Positions 13,880 to 28,474 are shown, counted from the first letter of the stretch. The stretch is 64,000 nt of DNA from Schmidtea polychroa (GCA_044892525.1 CM097885.1:8868001-8932000), one strand, 5' to 3'. Translations and numbers: made by a program. The notes: generated by a model from the letters alone, not told the origin.

Positions 13880-14245
13880 ACGATGTCTAATATTTTTAGA
13901 ATGATTACGTAATAATTTTTAGAACGATGCCTAATATTTTTAGAACGATGTCTAATATTTTTAGAACGATGCCTAATATTTTTAGAACGATGCCTAATAT
14001 TTTTAGAATGATTACGTCATAATTTTAGAACGATGTCTAATATTTTTAGAACGATGCCTAATATTTTTAGAATGGTGCCTCTTATTTTTAGAACGATGCC
14101 TAATATTTTTAGAACGATGCCTAATATTTTTAGAATGATTACGTAATAATTTTAGAACGATGCCTCATATTTTTAGAACGATGCCTCTTATTTTTAGAAT
14201 GATTACGTCATATTTTTAGAACGATGCCTCTTATTTTTAGAACTA
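13880..14245. repeat. Tandem ~21-23-bp minisatellite (TTTTTAGAACGATGCCTAATA variants) in the left TIR of B
   Basis: Directly visible; mirrored at ~21500-21866. Confidence 0.9.
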
Positions 14246-14672
14246 ATAATTTTGTTTTAATTATCGATTATATAATAATTTAATTTTGTTTAAATCGTTG
14301 ATTATATAATTTGTTTAAATCATTGATTATATAATTTTTTGTTTTAATTATCGAATACGTAATAATATAATTTTGTTTAAATCGTTGATTAAATATTATT
14401 ATTTTTTAATTTTCAATATTTTCTTTTAAAATATTAACGCACGCGTGGAAGTTGTTATTATTATATATAATCTATCCGACAAAATATTCTGTCCCCCTAT
14501 GGGTAATGGTCACAAAGGTACTGCTAAAACTTTAACATATTATTACACACAATGTAGAAAAAATATTATTAGTGTCCACACATGCTACAAGTTAGTATTC
14601 TTATCAATAGCTCATCTTAAAGTCTAGTGTAAGATCTATCTAATGATATATTATTATTATAATTGGTAAAGA

Positions 14673-14790
<118 letters not shown>

Positions 14791-17700
14791 GGTAAAGATA
14801 TTAACACCTGCGCGAAAGATGTTATTATTATTATGATTATTATTATATAATCCGAGTCTATCCGACAAAATATTCTGTCCCCCTATGGGTATTGCTCATA
14901 TGGGTAATGGTCACAAGGGTACTACTTACACTCAACAAGGGTTTTCGATCTTAAAGCATATTATGGTTTATTAGGGTTAGTAAATAAAACTTATCACACA
15001 CACTTTAATATTTAAACGATAAAAATAAAGACAAGAGAGGACAAGGCAAAGTGTATGCATTTAGTATTGCCAGGCCTAATGAGCAGTGACCAAATATCTG
15101 TGCCTGAAAGACACGGTGGATATTTGTTCGCGTCCACAAGGGTCGTCTGTGCCTCCCCCAAGTGGGGTCAGAAGAACCTGGGCATTATAGCTTTCCGTAC
15201 GGAACATTACGCCTAGCATGGGTAGTCAACTACCAGCACATTCGAAACGTATAATTTCAAAATACATGCGTCATTGGCACTATAACCAAATTAATTAATG
15301 TTTTCACTAACACAAATATATATTTACAGAGGCCTCCCACTAGTTGGATTACAACCGCCCACCACGACGATCAGCTTGTAAATATATATTAATTAAGGGA
15401 TAAAGAGGACCCACCCAACCCTATTATATTTAATTTACAAATTTTTCTCGCTCTTCTGCCGGTAATCTATCTCAAAATTATCATCTCCATCGGGCCATTT
15501 GGAATACATCTTGCAAATTGGACGTATTTCTTAGTTTCTGATGCGGCGTCAACTATCATTGCTAAAATTTATATTGATTTAATAGCAATTAACTTACATT
15601 ATCTAGCATTTTATCGTCACAGGCTTGATAAATTAGGCAACTGTTATTTGTGGTATACTTTTTCAATGTCATTTCCCACCATAAAACACAGATACCTAAA
15701 TATAATATATATATTTTAAAGAATTAATTCATGTCTTACATTAATAATAATATTCTTCAGGTAGTACTTTACAATATCTAATTGCTAAAACATCGGTTTT
15801 TCCCATTTTTCTTGACATTCGTTGAAAGTTTACATAATTTAAGTCTGATAATTCATGTTGAAGGACACCCACAATCAGCTAATTCATTTAAGAAATCCAG
15901 AACATAGCAATGTTTCACCATTTTGTCTGGTTCATTTTCTTCTATAATTCATGTTTTAATAAGAAATTTCTAAATCCAGAAGATAAGTCATTTAGTGTTT
16001 CACCATTTTATCTGGTTCATCTTCTTCATAATTATATAAGTCATAATAGAAATATGGTTAGAAATATATATTATAAAGTAACAATTATTTTCTAATTTAA
16101 TTAGATGACCATTAGACGTAATATAATAAACTTCAAAGGGGTTAAAATAAGTGTTAGAATTATTCATTATTGGATTATGGAAGGTCAATGAAAACATACA
16201 GAGAAGTGGCATGGATATATATTAATTGTATTTATTTAAAATTATTTCATAAAATTCATAAATTTCATAAAAATTCATAAAAACGTTCACTTTAATAAAA
16301 AAATATTTAATACAATTTTAAAAGAAATATTTAGTGTAAAATAGTAAATTAAATATAATTGCTAATATTAAAGGACTTAATCAAAATTTAAAATATGAAT
16401 TTATCATAATTACTCTGTCAAATACCCTTCACGGTTTCTTATGTAATAAAATAATCATTTGGGGATTAAATACTTTATTAAATAAAAGTTTATCGCATTA
16501 TTAAAATATTTTAATTCGTGAGTAGCTCATATAATAGAAATAATTTTATTTATATATCCTCATCACTTATAGCCGCCTATTCTCGATTTCCCAATAATTA
16601 TTATCATTTAAATTCTCCGGGCAAATATTTCTTTTAAAATTGTATTAAATATTTTTTTATTAAAGTGAACGTTTTTATGAATTTTTATGAATTTTATGAA
16701 ATAATTTTAAATAAATACAATTAATATATATCCATGCCACTTCTCTGTATGTTTTCATTGACCTTCCATAATCCAATAATGAATAATTCTAACACTTATT
16801 TTAACCCCTTTGAAGTTTATTATAATTTTATGACAGAATAATAAATAATTTCCTCACTTTAATGAAGATTCTTACCACCTGAGAATAATATTGTTAATTT
16901 ATCTCGGTGTTATTAAAATTATCTTTCGACTTTACGCTTCTTAACATTTTAGAATAAGATTTTTTATCAAAATTTGTGTTAATTTGACTGATTCAATTTG
17001 ATGGAGTTATTGTTAATTCGTTTTATTATATATACTCTGAGTTTATCCGACAAGATATTTTCTCCCTCTATGGGTACTGCTCACAATTGGTACTGCTCGT
17101 AAGGGTACTGGTCGTAAAGGTACTGGTGTGTTTTAATGATTTTATTTAGGCAAATTTTTGGTTATTATTTAGCATTAAATTCATTGGTAATTTTTAGAGT
17201 TAGCGGGATTTTACTAACATTATTACTAACCTTTTTGTGAATAATTGAAAGAATATTTTGAAATTTAACGTTTTAGTGTTAATTCTAAGACAAATTTAAT
17301 TAATTTCTTGATAATTTGCTATATTTTATTGACTTGTTTTTAAATTTACTTTTAAATAAAAATTATTTTTAATGACAGTTAGGTTAATAATTAGAGTTTT
17401 TACAATAATCAAGTGATTATTATTTAATTTTTGTAAAAATTATTGTAAAATATACTGAAATTTGTGATTTTGAAAGATATATCACGTTATAATTGCTATA
17501 TAATTAGTTGAATCGATGAAGAATTATGATCAATCAATATATTTCATCTCTAGTTAGGTATTTGATGGTAAATGTGGTGAAATATTTGTAGAAAATATTG
17601 ATTTTAGTGAATTTTGATCTTTTAGTGGGCTCTTACTACATGAATTTAGATACTAAATTATTTCAATGGAAGGATGTCTGTAACAATTAAATAAAATTCA

Positions 17701-20700
17701 TATTTTGAAGAATTTTCTATGGATTTTAAGAGAATTGATATATTAAAGGTCTGATATATTAAAGTCGGTTGGTTAAGATGGTAATATATGATTTTTAAGG
17801 GGGTGTTTAAAATGATAGAAATATTTGGTGAGGGATCGGTTAAGGTGGAAATGTTTGAAATCTCTATTTAAATCGACAATGTTCTTATTGGTAAAATATC
17901 AAATTTTCAAAGGAAATAGTCAGTATTTAGCTATGAATTAATAATAATTCCAGTGAACTTATATCGTTTTAGAGGTTTATTAGGTCGTGATGAATGTTAT
18001 TGCACAGTAATTTAGATTTATGTTTTAGAACCAGTTTTTTATTAATTATCCACTGTTTTATTAAGTCGTTTAGGGTTAATGATCAATTTACTTGGTTTTC
18101 ACAATGAAATATTTGAAATCTTTAGAATTAATTGGGATTGATATCAAAGGTTATTGCTTTAAATTATTTACTTAAGAAGTTATTTTATTCATTGTGGGGA
18201 CATCAGTGACAAAACTTGAGAAATATTGACTTAAAAGTTGGAAATCAACAACAGCTAAAGAAAGTTGATCTTTATTGAAGGAATTTTATGATTTTAATTA
18301 GATTTCTAGAAATTAAATCGGTTGAATATTAAAGGTAAAATCTATTGAAGGAATATTATTATCGGATGGATAAATCTTTCAATGATATTTTGCTAAATTA
18401 CCTTTGCTAAATATTATTTTAAATGACTAAAAATAACAAAATTAACCAATATTCATAAATTTATCGCACAAAATATCCATGTTTTGGTTACTCAAACATC
18501 TTAAATTTCTCGCAAAGATATATTACGTCTAATGATCATCTAATTAAATTAGAAAATAATTGTTACTTTATAATATATATTTCTAACTAATAAGCCCCTT
18601 AATTGGATAAATGATAACCATATTTCTATTATGACTCCTTTAATTATTTTTGCCTCAAACAAATTTACTCTAAATGATAAAGAATTTAAAATTATCAATG
18701 AATAATGACCATGTTTTTCTCATATTATTAACTATTGTAACGAACATTAGATGAATAAATTATCTTTTGCTTTAAATGTCTAAAACGTTAACCAATAAAT
18801 TAGTCGCTCGACATAAGTGTAAAGTTACATTTAAAATATTCACAAATTTCTGATTATCTTACCTAAGAATTTCTAAATGAATAATATACCCTTGCGACTT
18901 GTTGAGTGTGACCAGTACCCTTGCTAGCAATACCCATAGGGGGACAGAATATTTTGTCGGAAACTAGGAGTATATGGTCTTTATTGATATATCAAAATAC
19001 TGTTATTTATAAATCAACTAAAAATACTCAAAAATACTATATTATTTTACTGAATGATACCTTAAATGTTTTTAATATACATATTTCTAAAATAAATAAA
19101 CAGTTCAAACCAACAACATGTATGCAAGACCACCCATTGTTAATTTATTCCCAGTGTCACGTCCCTCAAAAATACCGTGAGTGTTTTAACAAAACTGAGC
19201 TAAAAGAAACTTTCCAGATAACAACTCACCTGAATGTTTTGAACAAAAATGAGCGAAATTGAGAACAAACGATTAGATGGCGATTAAATTCTGGCCACAA
19301 CCCTAACAACATGAAAATTAAGATTTTAATTATTGAATTCGTTGTTTTCTGCCTGGAAATACTAACAGAATATTTTTTAATTCAAAGAATCTTCATTATA
19401 AATATTTGAATTTAAAAAATTAAATGAAGGATATATAAGTGTACATAAAATTATATAAAATTATACTATATTTATTAATAAATTTAGAATACATAAAATT
19501 ATACTATATAATAATATTAATGTTTAAATATGCTTAAATAACTAAATTGTTTAAATATTTTTAAATAACTAAAATTAAATTATTTAAATTTAAATTATTT
19601 AAATATACTTTTGATATAACTTTATTTCTTTCGTTTTAGTATCCATAAAGTAAGTAAATAAAGAATTTACTACAATATTTTAATTATTTTACTTAGTAAT
19701 GAAGAAAATGAATTATATAATTATGAAGAAGATGAACCAGATAAAATGGTGAAACACTAAATGACTTATGTTCTGGATTTAGAAATTTCTTATTAAAACA
19801 TGAATTATAGAAGAAAATGAACCAGACAAAATGGTGAAACATTGCTATGTTCTGGATTTCTTAAATGAATTAGCTGATTGTGGGTGTCCTTCAACATGAA
19901 TTATCAGACTTAAATTATGTAAACTTTCAACGAATGTCAAGAAAAATGGGAAAAACCGATGTTTTAGCAATTAGATATTGTAAAGTACTACCTGAAGAAT
20001 ATTATTATTAATGTAAGACATGAATTAATTCTTTAAAATATATATATTATATTTAGGTATCTGTGTTTTATGGTGGGAAATGACATTGAAAAAGTATACC
20101 ACAAATAACAGTTGCCTAATTTATCAAGCCTGTGACGATAAAATGCTAGATAATGTAAGTTAATTGCTATTAAATCAATATAAATTTTAGCAATGATAGT
20201 TGACGCCGCATCAGAAACTAAGAAATACGTCCAATTTGCAAGATGTATTCCAAATGGCCCGATGGAGATGATAATTTTGAGATAGATTACCGGCAGAAGA
20301 GCGAGAAAAATTTGTAAATTAAATATAATAGGGTTGGGTGGGTCCTCTTTATCCCTTAATTAATATATATTTACAAGCTGATCGTCGTGGTGGGCGGTTG
20401 TAATCCAACTAGTGGGAGGCCTCTGTAAATATATATTTGTGTTAGTGAAAACATTAATTAATTTGGTTATAGTGCCAATGACGCATGTATTTTGAAATTA
20501 TACGTTTCGAATGTGCTGGTAGTTGACTACCCATGCTAGGCGTAATGTTCCGTACGGAAAGCTATAATGCCCAGGTTCTTCTGACCCCACTTGGGGGAGG
20601 CACAGACGACCCTTGTGGACGCGAACAAATATCCACCGTGTCTTTCAGGCACAGATATTTGGTCACTGCTCATTAGGCCTGGCAATACTAAATGCATACA

Positions 20701-20961
20701 CTTTGCCTTGTCCTCTCTTGTCTTTATTTTTATCGTTTAAATATTAAAGTGTGTGTGATAAGTTTTATTTACTAACCCTAATAAACCATAATATGCTTTA
20801 AGATCGAAAACCCTTGTTGAGTGTAAGTAGTACCCTTGTGACCATTACCCATATGAGCAATACCCATAGGGGGACAGAATATTTTGTCGGATAGACTCGG
20901 ATTATATAATAATAATCATAATAATAATAACATCTTTCGCGCAGGTGTTAATATCTTTACC

Positions 20962-21073
<112 letters not shown>

Positions 21074-21499
21074 TCTTTACCAATTATAATAATAATATAT
21101 CATTAGATAGATCTTACACTAGACTTTAAGATGAGCTATTGATAAGAATACTAACTTGTAGCATGTGTGGACACTAATAATATTTTTTCTACATTGTGTG
21201 TAATAATATGTTAAAGTTTTAGCAGTACCTTTGTGACCATTACCCATAGGGGGACAGAATATTTTGTCGGATAGATTATATATAATAATAACAACTTCCA
21301 CGCGTGCGTTAATATTTTAAAAGAAAATATTGAAAATTAAAAAATAATAATATTTAATCAACGATTTAAACAAAATTATATTATTACGTATTCGATAATT
21401 AAAACAAAAAATTATATAATCAATGATTTAAACAAATTATATAATCAACGATTTAAACAAAATTAAATTATTATATAATCGATAATTAAAACAAAATTA

Positions 21500-21866
21500 T
21501 TAGTTCTAAAAATAAGAGGCATCGTTCTAAAAATATGACGTAATCATTCTAAAAATAAGAGGCATCGTTCTAAAAATATGAGGCATCGTTCTAAAATTAT
21601 TACGTAATCATTCTAAAAATATTAGGCATCGTTCTAAAAATATTAGGCATCGTTCTAAAAATAAGAGGCACCATTCTAAAAATATTAGGCATCGTTCTAA
21701 AAATATTAGACATCGTTCTAAAATTATGACGTAATCATTCTAAAAATATTAGGCATCGTTCTAAAAATATTAGGCATCGTTCTAAAAATATTAGACATCG
21801 TTCTAAAAATATTAGGCATCGTTCTAAAAATTATTACGTAATCATTCTAAAAATATTAGACATCGT
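21500..21866. repeat. Mirror copy of the minisatellite in the right TIR of B
   Basis: Reverse complement of 13880-14245. Confidence 0.9.
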
Positions 21867-22958
21867 TGGGTGAGTCATTGGGTGAGTCATTCTCTTTGTT
21901 AATATTAATGATGATGATACCTTCAATAGCTCATTCGAAAGGTCTTGCACTGAGCTTTAAGATGAGGTATCGTCCAATAAATTCGGATAATGGGAACATT
22001 AATTTTTGGGATGAAAACAAGTGTGAGCCCGCCAGATCACTTAATAATATTTTGGAAAATAATAATAATTTAACGTTGAAAAGATGGTGGTCATCAATTG
22101 TTAATAACATTAAAACTATTAAAGATATATAAGATACCTATAACTCATTCGAAAGGTCTTGGACTGAGCTTTAAGATGAGGTATCGGTTAATAAAATTTG
22201 TTAACGAGAACATTAATTTTTGGGATGAAAAAAAATGTGAGCCCGCCAGATCACTTAATTTAAAAAAATTACGTAATAGTTCTAAAAATATTAGGCATTG
22301 GTTACGTAATAGTTCTAAAAATATGTGGCATCGTTCTAAAAAATTTTTTCCCAGGGGGGAGGGGTATGTGATCCAGAGGGCCCCTGATCTGGATGGCCCC
22401 AATCCTACTACTAATAACATTTAATCAATTTTAATGCAAATCGAATACAATTTTTAGTTGTGGCATAAGATTACAAATTAATAATAAAATACAATATCAT
22501 AAATTAAAATCATTAAAATATATTTCTCAAAAGTGAGTCGATAATTAAAAAGATAAAATTATTGTCTATCAGATTGTCAATGGTTGTATGGAGGCATTTT
22601 TAAAATCTTACAGGGGGCCCACTGCTTTTAGGAGACTGGTTATTTTAATTTGAAATTTAATTTAATATTTAATTTAATTTAATATAAAATGTACATAATA
22701 TTTTTAATTAAAATATTATCTATACATGTTTTAAATATCAATAAATTTATGAATTCTTGCATGATCATGCAAAACCATGAAAACTCTTAAAATGGAAACG
22801 AAAATGCAGTTGTAATATATAAATTATAAAAGGCGTGTCCTATCTTAATATATTTTTAATTCATATAGTGAAATTAAGGAAAGTTTATTTTTACAAGAGC
22901 CTCCTGATTACAAGACCCAATGTCGGTTTCAAGTAAATCAATGTTTAAGATGCATTTT

Positions 22959-23322
22959 GGTACTTCCGTGTTATCTTACCCCCAAAAATTAAATTAAAAT
23001 AGAATACATATAATTATTATATTTATTTTCTAAATCACAGTTACAAACTCAGCAAATGTTTGTAAAGAGTTTGTAAATAGTCATCCAGGTGGCCAGAAAA
23101 CCACAATGTCGTTGAGAATAGTGTCGAACACGTCGGCACTGTTGCTTAGAACACTTAAACTCACATAATCACATAATCAAATAAATCACAGATAGCCTTA
23201 ATAAATTCATGTTCAATAATGTGCAATAACGTCATCAATAATTTATTCTCTCATTTTTTATATTGTTATTTTAATTGTATTTTATAATTTAATTTTTGGG
23301 GGTAAGATAACACGGAAGTACC
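22959..23322. mobile_element. MITE, probably Merlin/IS1016 superfamily
   Basis: Perfect ~38-bp TIR GGTACTTCCGTGTTATCTTACCCCCAAAAATTAAATTA and 8-bp TSD TGCATTTT (22951-22958, 23323-23330). GG termini with an 8-bp TSD fit Merlin. Confidence 0.8.
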
Positions 23323-23902
23323 TGCATTTTTTATGCACGAAAATACGGTGAACATCCCTATTCAATTTGTTTGTTTTTCCTTTCTTTTCCGACAGAACTC
23401 ATCCGTATTGTCTTCGGGTCTATGTTACCTTCACCGACCATAAAACAGTTGTAATTATAACCTTAACCGAGTTAAAAAATGTGATATAATAATTATTTAA
23501 ATTATTATTATTAATTATTATCAAGATTAGAAAATTCAAAAACCGACTTACGTTGCAGAAACTCGCATGGTAGTCAAAATGAAGATCAGAATAAAACTGG
23601 GGAAATTTAGAATTATTTTCTGTGTTATTTCTCAGCTGAAAATGCAAAATATCATCAATGGTTACAAAAGAACAGTCTGTCATTGTATTATAAATGATAA
23701 TTATCAGAGCGTCACTTTTATAAATAAGGAAAAACACTTCCTGCAAAGGAAGAAGCTACTCAATCAGCCGTTTATTTCATTTTAATTTTATATTGACTCA
23801 ATGAAAAATGAATTTAAATTCATATTTAAAAAATCAAATATCAATTATTCATTATTTATCACTTGGATACAACTTTCAATTATTGAAATATTCCCAGAGA
23901 GA

Positions 23903-24163
23903 ATGTTCAAATACACAGCAAAATGCCCACAGTGTCAGACCGAATACCCCACTGTATACAACAGCTATCCAGAAAAGTGGAAAACCATTGACGCAGACAT
24001 GGCAAGATTCAAGAATTGTAAACTTCAAAGAAACTATGACACGTTTTATCGGGACAAATACACGAAATGTTCTCCAGTTTACTCTCCATACATGGTGGAC
24101 TCTAGACAAGAATGGCCTCAACACGTACCAGCTACCATTTCATGCAGAAGTTGCGGTCTATGA
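23903..24163 (+). CDS. Small hypothetical protein (86 aa) with N- and C-terminal CxxC pairs
   Basis: MFKYTAKCPQCQ...ISCRSCGL*. GC-richer than its flanks, with ATTAAA downstream. Confidence 0.4.
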   Translation: MFKYTAKCPQCQTEYPTVYNSYPEKWKTIDADMARFKNCKLQRNYDTFYRDKYTKCSPVYSPYMVDSRQEWPQHVPATISCRSCGL

Positions 24164-24236
24164 AATTAAACATTTGTCAAAATGTACACAATTTTCTTTC
24201 AGAAATACAAACGTATTAAATCCAGTGTCTGTTTTA

Positions 24237-24289
<53 letters not shown>

Positions 24290-25687
24290 ATTATTTAAAA
24301 CAATAAAGTGATAATTTAAGCCTTTTGCTGCGAATAATGTATTTAATGAAAAGATTTTCAACTATAAGATAGTATTTTTCAATTGTTTTTGTTAAAATTT
24401 TATGAATTTTTGATTTTTCCTTTCTTTTAAATTTTGGTGAAAATGAATTGTTTCAGGGGGTGATGGGTATCTCAAATATTTTGTGGTTATAAATAAATAT
24501 CAAATTTTCTTTCATTTAATTAATTGATTTTAAAATGAAAGTCAGAAAATTAAATTAATAAAGTTATCTTTTGTCCTTGAGGTCGAAATATAAAGGAATT
24601 GTGAAGGTAAAAGGAATTAGAGTTTAAGTGGAAAATTTTTCAAAATTTAAATTCGGAAATTATAAAACTTTAAAAAAATCAGGAATTTAGGGTATTCAGG
24701 TTTTGTAGAAGCGGAATGTTTGACTAAAACTATGTATGGTATGAGAAGGATAGGTGTGATAAGGTATGGCGGGATCCATAAATATATTGGTATATCTCTC
24801 ATTAATTGCTCAATTTTCAGACGAAGCTTTGGTAGACCTTCAACTAAATGACTGAAGGGAAGGGATATCGTCAGGTCAAATACGATCAACTCAAGGAGCA
24901 ACATTTCTAGACGGAAGGAACGTGGGTTTGGCCGGAACAAATGAAGATGGCATTGCAAAATATTTCCAGAGCTTGACCAGAACTCCGGAAACTCCAGCTG
25001 GTCAATCACCATATGAGGAAAGAGTTGTGAAGATACTGGTTGGATGAAAATTTCATCTAAGAGAGTTGCTTCTTTCAAGAGTGTGCCATCCCATTACCTT
25101 AATCTGTTCCGTCGTAATTAACACATGTGTTCTCCATTGACACGCTCACTTCGAGCAAGAGGGCATGACTACCTCGCAAGAATAAGCAAATGTTTCGGTG
25201 GATCCAACGACGCCATGAAGATCAGCTGATGCACAAGATGCGGGAGCGTACTAAATTTTCACAAAGTAGAATGGCTATAAGATGATTTCAATAGAATCTC
25301 AGTTCGCAATAAATCAAATTGTGAATTTATAAATTCGAATTTTTAATTATAATTTGTGAATGAATTTTGAATTTGTTGGGTTCTTTATTGCGGCCATTCA
25401 TATATTACGTACGTACGCAACGTAAGCATACATACGGCAACTTTGAAATTCTGACAGTTCATATATAGCCAAATGCCGCATCAAGGTATATGTAATATAT
25501 GGTGAGATACAGGTAATGCACGTCTTAATCTTTCGTGTTGTTTCCAGCATAATCGAAAATATAGGAAAGTTGCTCCGTTCAACTTTGGAACTGTATCGAG
25601 TGGGTGGGTACTTGTCAAAAGTGAGCGTACCCTTGTACACTATAATCGACAAGGACTCGAGCGGGTTCGTGGACTGCCGTTAAAAGC

Positions 25688-26940
25688 AGTGGCGTCGCTA
25701 GGGTTGGTGTAATCCAGTGCGGTAAACTCGCGGTGTCACCCATCTAGATTTCGACCACAGATTTATTCTTATTTAATCAGCGTGTAATAAATCAACAGTA
25801 TCAAAATGACTAAAACGAAAAACAAGTTAACTGAAGGTCAGTGTGCACCAGTATTAAAGAACTGTAACAACTTTAAGTTATTGATATTAATACATTCTTT
25901 AAAATTTTCCTTTCGCGGTTTTCAGAGCTGCAAACTTGTCAATCACCTCATCAAAGTCTATGTCCTTCACGGTCTCACTTTCAATTGATAATTGAGCCAG
26001 ATCAGAAATTCTAGGCTGGCCCATGATGGATCGTAAATAATTCTTTATCAGCTTTAGTTTTGAAAACCTCCACTCACATGAAGCTACAGACACCCAAATT
26101 GTCAGAAATAATTGAAGGCTTAGAGATACGAGGAAGATTCGAGGACGTCCCATTCAGCTATAAATTGCAAAAGAATAACCAGTCGATGGCTTTGTTTAGA
26201 TCAATATCAGCTACAGGTGCCTTCTAAACCTTGGTATTTCTTTTAAAAGCTCAACTTCAGATAACTCGTCATACAAAGAGGTTAATTTAGGAACCGATAC
26301 TAGTAACTATTCTTGACTTGTCGATAGTAGACTCTTGGGTTGAACAGCCACAAACATATCTACTACTTCCTTGATCGCTTTTTGATCTCATCTGGAGTTC
26401 AGAATGAAAACGATCGATACATTCCAGAATCTCCCTGCGGTTTTCTTCTAGTAGAAAGAGTCCAGTGTCTCCCAGTTGTTCCCCCGCCATTCTCTTTTTG
26501 AATCTTAATCTTCTTTCTAATGAAATTCCTTATTGGTCTGATTTTGAAAGTGCCCATTCAATTGCATGCTCAACTAAGTGACTGCGTTTCTAGTACAGAA
26601 ACAATTTTAAGTCCTCTAATTTTGTCACAACTTTGTCAAGAGTTAAGCTTTTAGTCTGGAGGTACTGCTGGGTGAGATTGGGTTCCTCAAGTAGATCAGC
26701 CCAGAGGTAAATGTAGCAGATAAACGTGAAATCACCGACAGCATGTAAATGATCTTGTGCTGTACCCCTTGTGTCCAAATTCCCACTAGGATCACATAGA
26801 GCTTCAATCGTTGCCATACATTCATCAAACCTATCTTTCACTTCCATAACAGCAGCATAATGAGCACTCCAACGTGTTGTTGATAACCTTTTCACCGACA
26901 TCCCAGTGTGTTCAATCAAAACATAGATTTGTGCACTCCA
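25688..26940 (-). pseudogene. Truncated, frameshifted hAT transposon (ZMYM1-like transposase remnant)
   Basis: End CAGTGGCGTCGCTAGGG at 25688. Fragments LSTTRWSAHY and SVASCEWRFSKLKLIKNYLRSIMGQPRISDLAQLSIE lie in different frames. Confidence 0.85.
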
Positions 26941-27959
26941 TGTAGCATGATTGAATTATATTGAAAAATAAAAATATAATAATATATATTAAAATTGTTA
27001 AAATGTAACTATTTACATGCACAATTTAATTGAAGGCTCTTTATTTTCTCCTGCCGCGCTTGCAAATAATATAATAACCAAAATATTATACCAACAATTG
27101 GTAGATAATTAGGAGTACAAATATATTATTAGTGTGCAACCCAATTCGCCCATCATGCATTGCAAATGAATTTTTGAGGGCAGCAACAGCAACTATATGA
27201 GAGTTCATAGCAAGTCAAAGAATGTGTGCGTGTCGTCATTATCATAGCAGTAATTAAATACTAGTAGTACTCACTTTTTAAGTGTAATCCTTTCTTCGCT
27301 GTTCATCAGTTATAAAAATTGCGTCCTGTTACTTTAAACAGGTTAGTGATACAAATTACAAGTTTCACAAAATTTACTGTTTTGATATAAAAACAAATAA
27401 GTAAACGTCTGCACATCTAAATCATACCACGTCATACCAAAAGTCAAGCCAAAGATGGTACCTCGTACTCATGAAGCACTCGGCCTACGGAAACGCCTCC
27501 AAGTCTATTGATCTATTCTACCTCATTAATTATCACGTTCGTACATCACTTTTTTTGATGTTATTTTGTGAAAATCTTTCTAATTTTCATTCCTCTCTCC
27601 TTATTGCCATTAATTCAAATTATTTATTATTTAAAATTAGGAGAAGGGGTATGAAAATATGAGTTTTATGTGTACATAATATATGGATGGCCATAATTTA
27701 TGTTTATTTCTACCAAAAATACAAATAACCCAACAAAATAAAATCTAAGAAAGAGATCTTATAATAAAAGTCTATAATTAGACTTCATTTTGTAAAATAA
27801 TGTTTTCAAATAAAAATGAAATTCATCGAATTTCATTGGATAAAATATTTGCGATCGGTTATGTCTGAACACTGATTGGTTGAATGTTGCACCCGTAAAT
27901 ATTATATTTCATATAAAATAGACAAATTCATTAATGATATTACTAAAATTTGTTTCGAA

Positions 27960-28107
27960 ATGAAATTATTTTGCAGGTTTTTATTAATATTTTTCCTGCC
28001 GACTGCATTTTTCGATGAACTCGAAATTGAAAATGACGTTTTTGTCATTAATACAGAAACTTTTGAAGAAATTGTTAATGACCATAAACCGATTTTAATT
28101 AACTTTT
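27960..28107 (+). CDS. PDI-family protein, exon 1 (signal peptide and start of thioredoxin a domain)
   Basis: MKLFCRFLLIFFLPTAFF...ENDVFVINTETFEEIVNDHKPILINF, then a 47-nt GT-AG intron at 28108-28154. Confidence 0.85.
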
Positions 28108-28154
28108 GTAGGATATTTTCAATTAATAAATCTTTTAGTGATCTTAATATTTAG

Positions 28155-28474
28155 ATGCACCTTGGTGTAAATATAGTCAGAAATTATTGCCACATTTTCA
28201 AAATGCCGCCAAAACTCTTTTGGAAATGGAGTCGAGAATAAAATTGGGCAAAGTCGATGTGACGGTTGAAACAGATTTGGCAAATAAATTCAAAATCAAA
28301 TCCTATCCGACAATTATTTTGTTCAAGGAAGACCGAGAAATACTTTATTCAAAAGCCCATAATCATTTGACCATTTTAAACTGGGTCATTGCAAAAGTTG
28401 ATAAACTTATAATTTCTATCAACTCAACGGACAGCCTCGATGAAGTTAGAAGGAAGACAGACGTTTTATTTTTG
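28155..28474 (+). CDS. PDI-family protein, exon 2 (active site WCKYS)
   Basis: Spliced FYAPWCKYSQKLLPHFQNAAK...LGKVDVTVETDLANKFKIKSYPTIILFK; donor GTAAGA at 28475. Confidence 0.9.

Noticed and set aside
13253..13880. ORFs in B's TIRs (mirrored at 21866-22424)
   Set aside because: They run through non-coding terminal repeats, some across the element boundary; duplication reflects the TIR only.
13880..14245. CRISPR-like appearance of the 21-bp array and the 212/234-bp array
   Set aside because: Head-to-tail repeats with no unique spacers, no cas genes, and a eukaryotic context.
24640..25680. GC-richer stretch and ORF 24647-25078, perhaps a retroelement remnant
   Set aside because: No RT, integrase or gag motif and no LTR pair recognisable.
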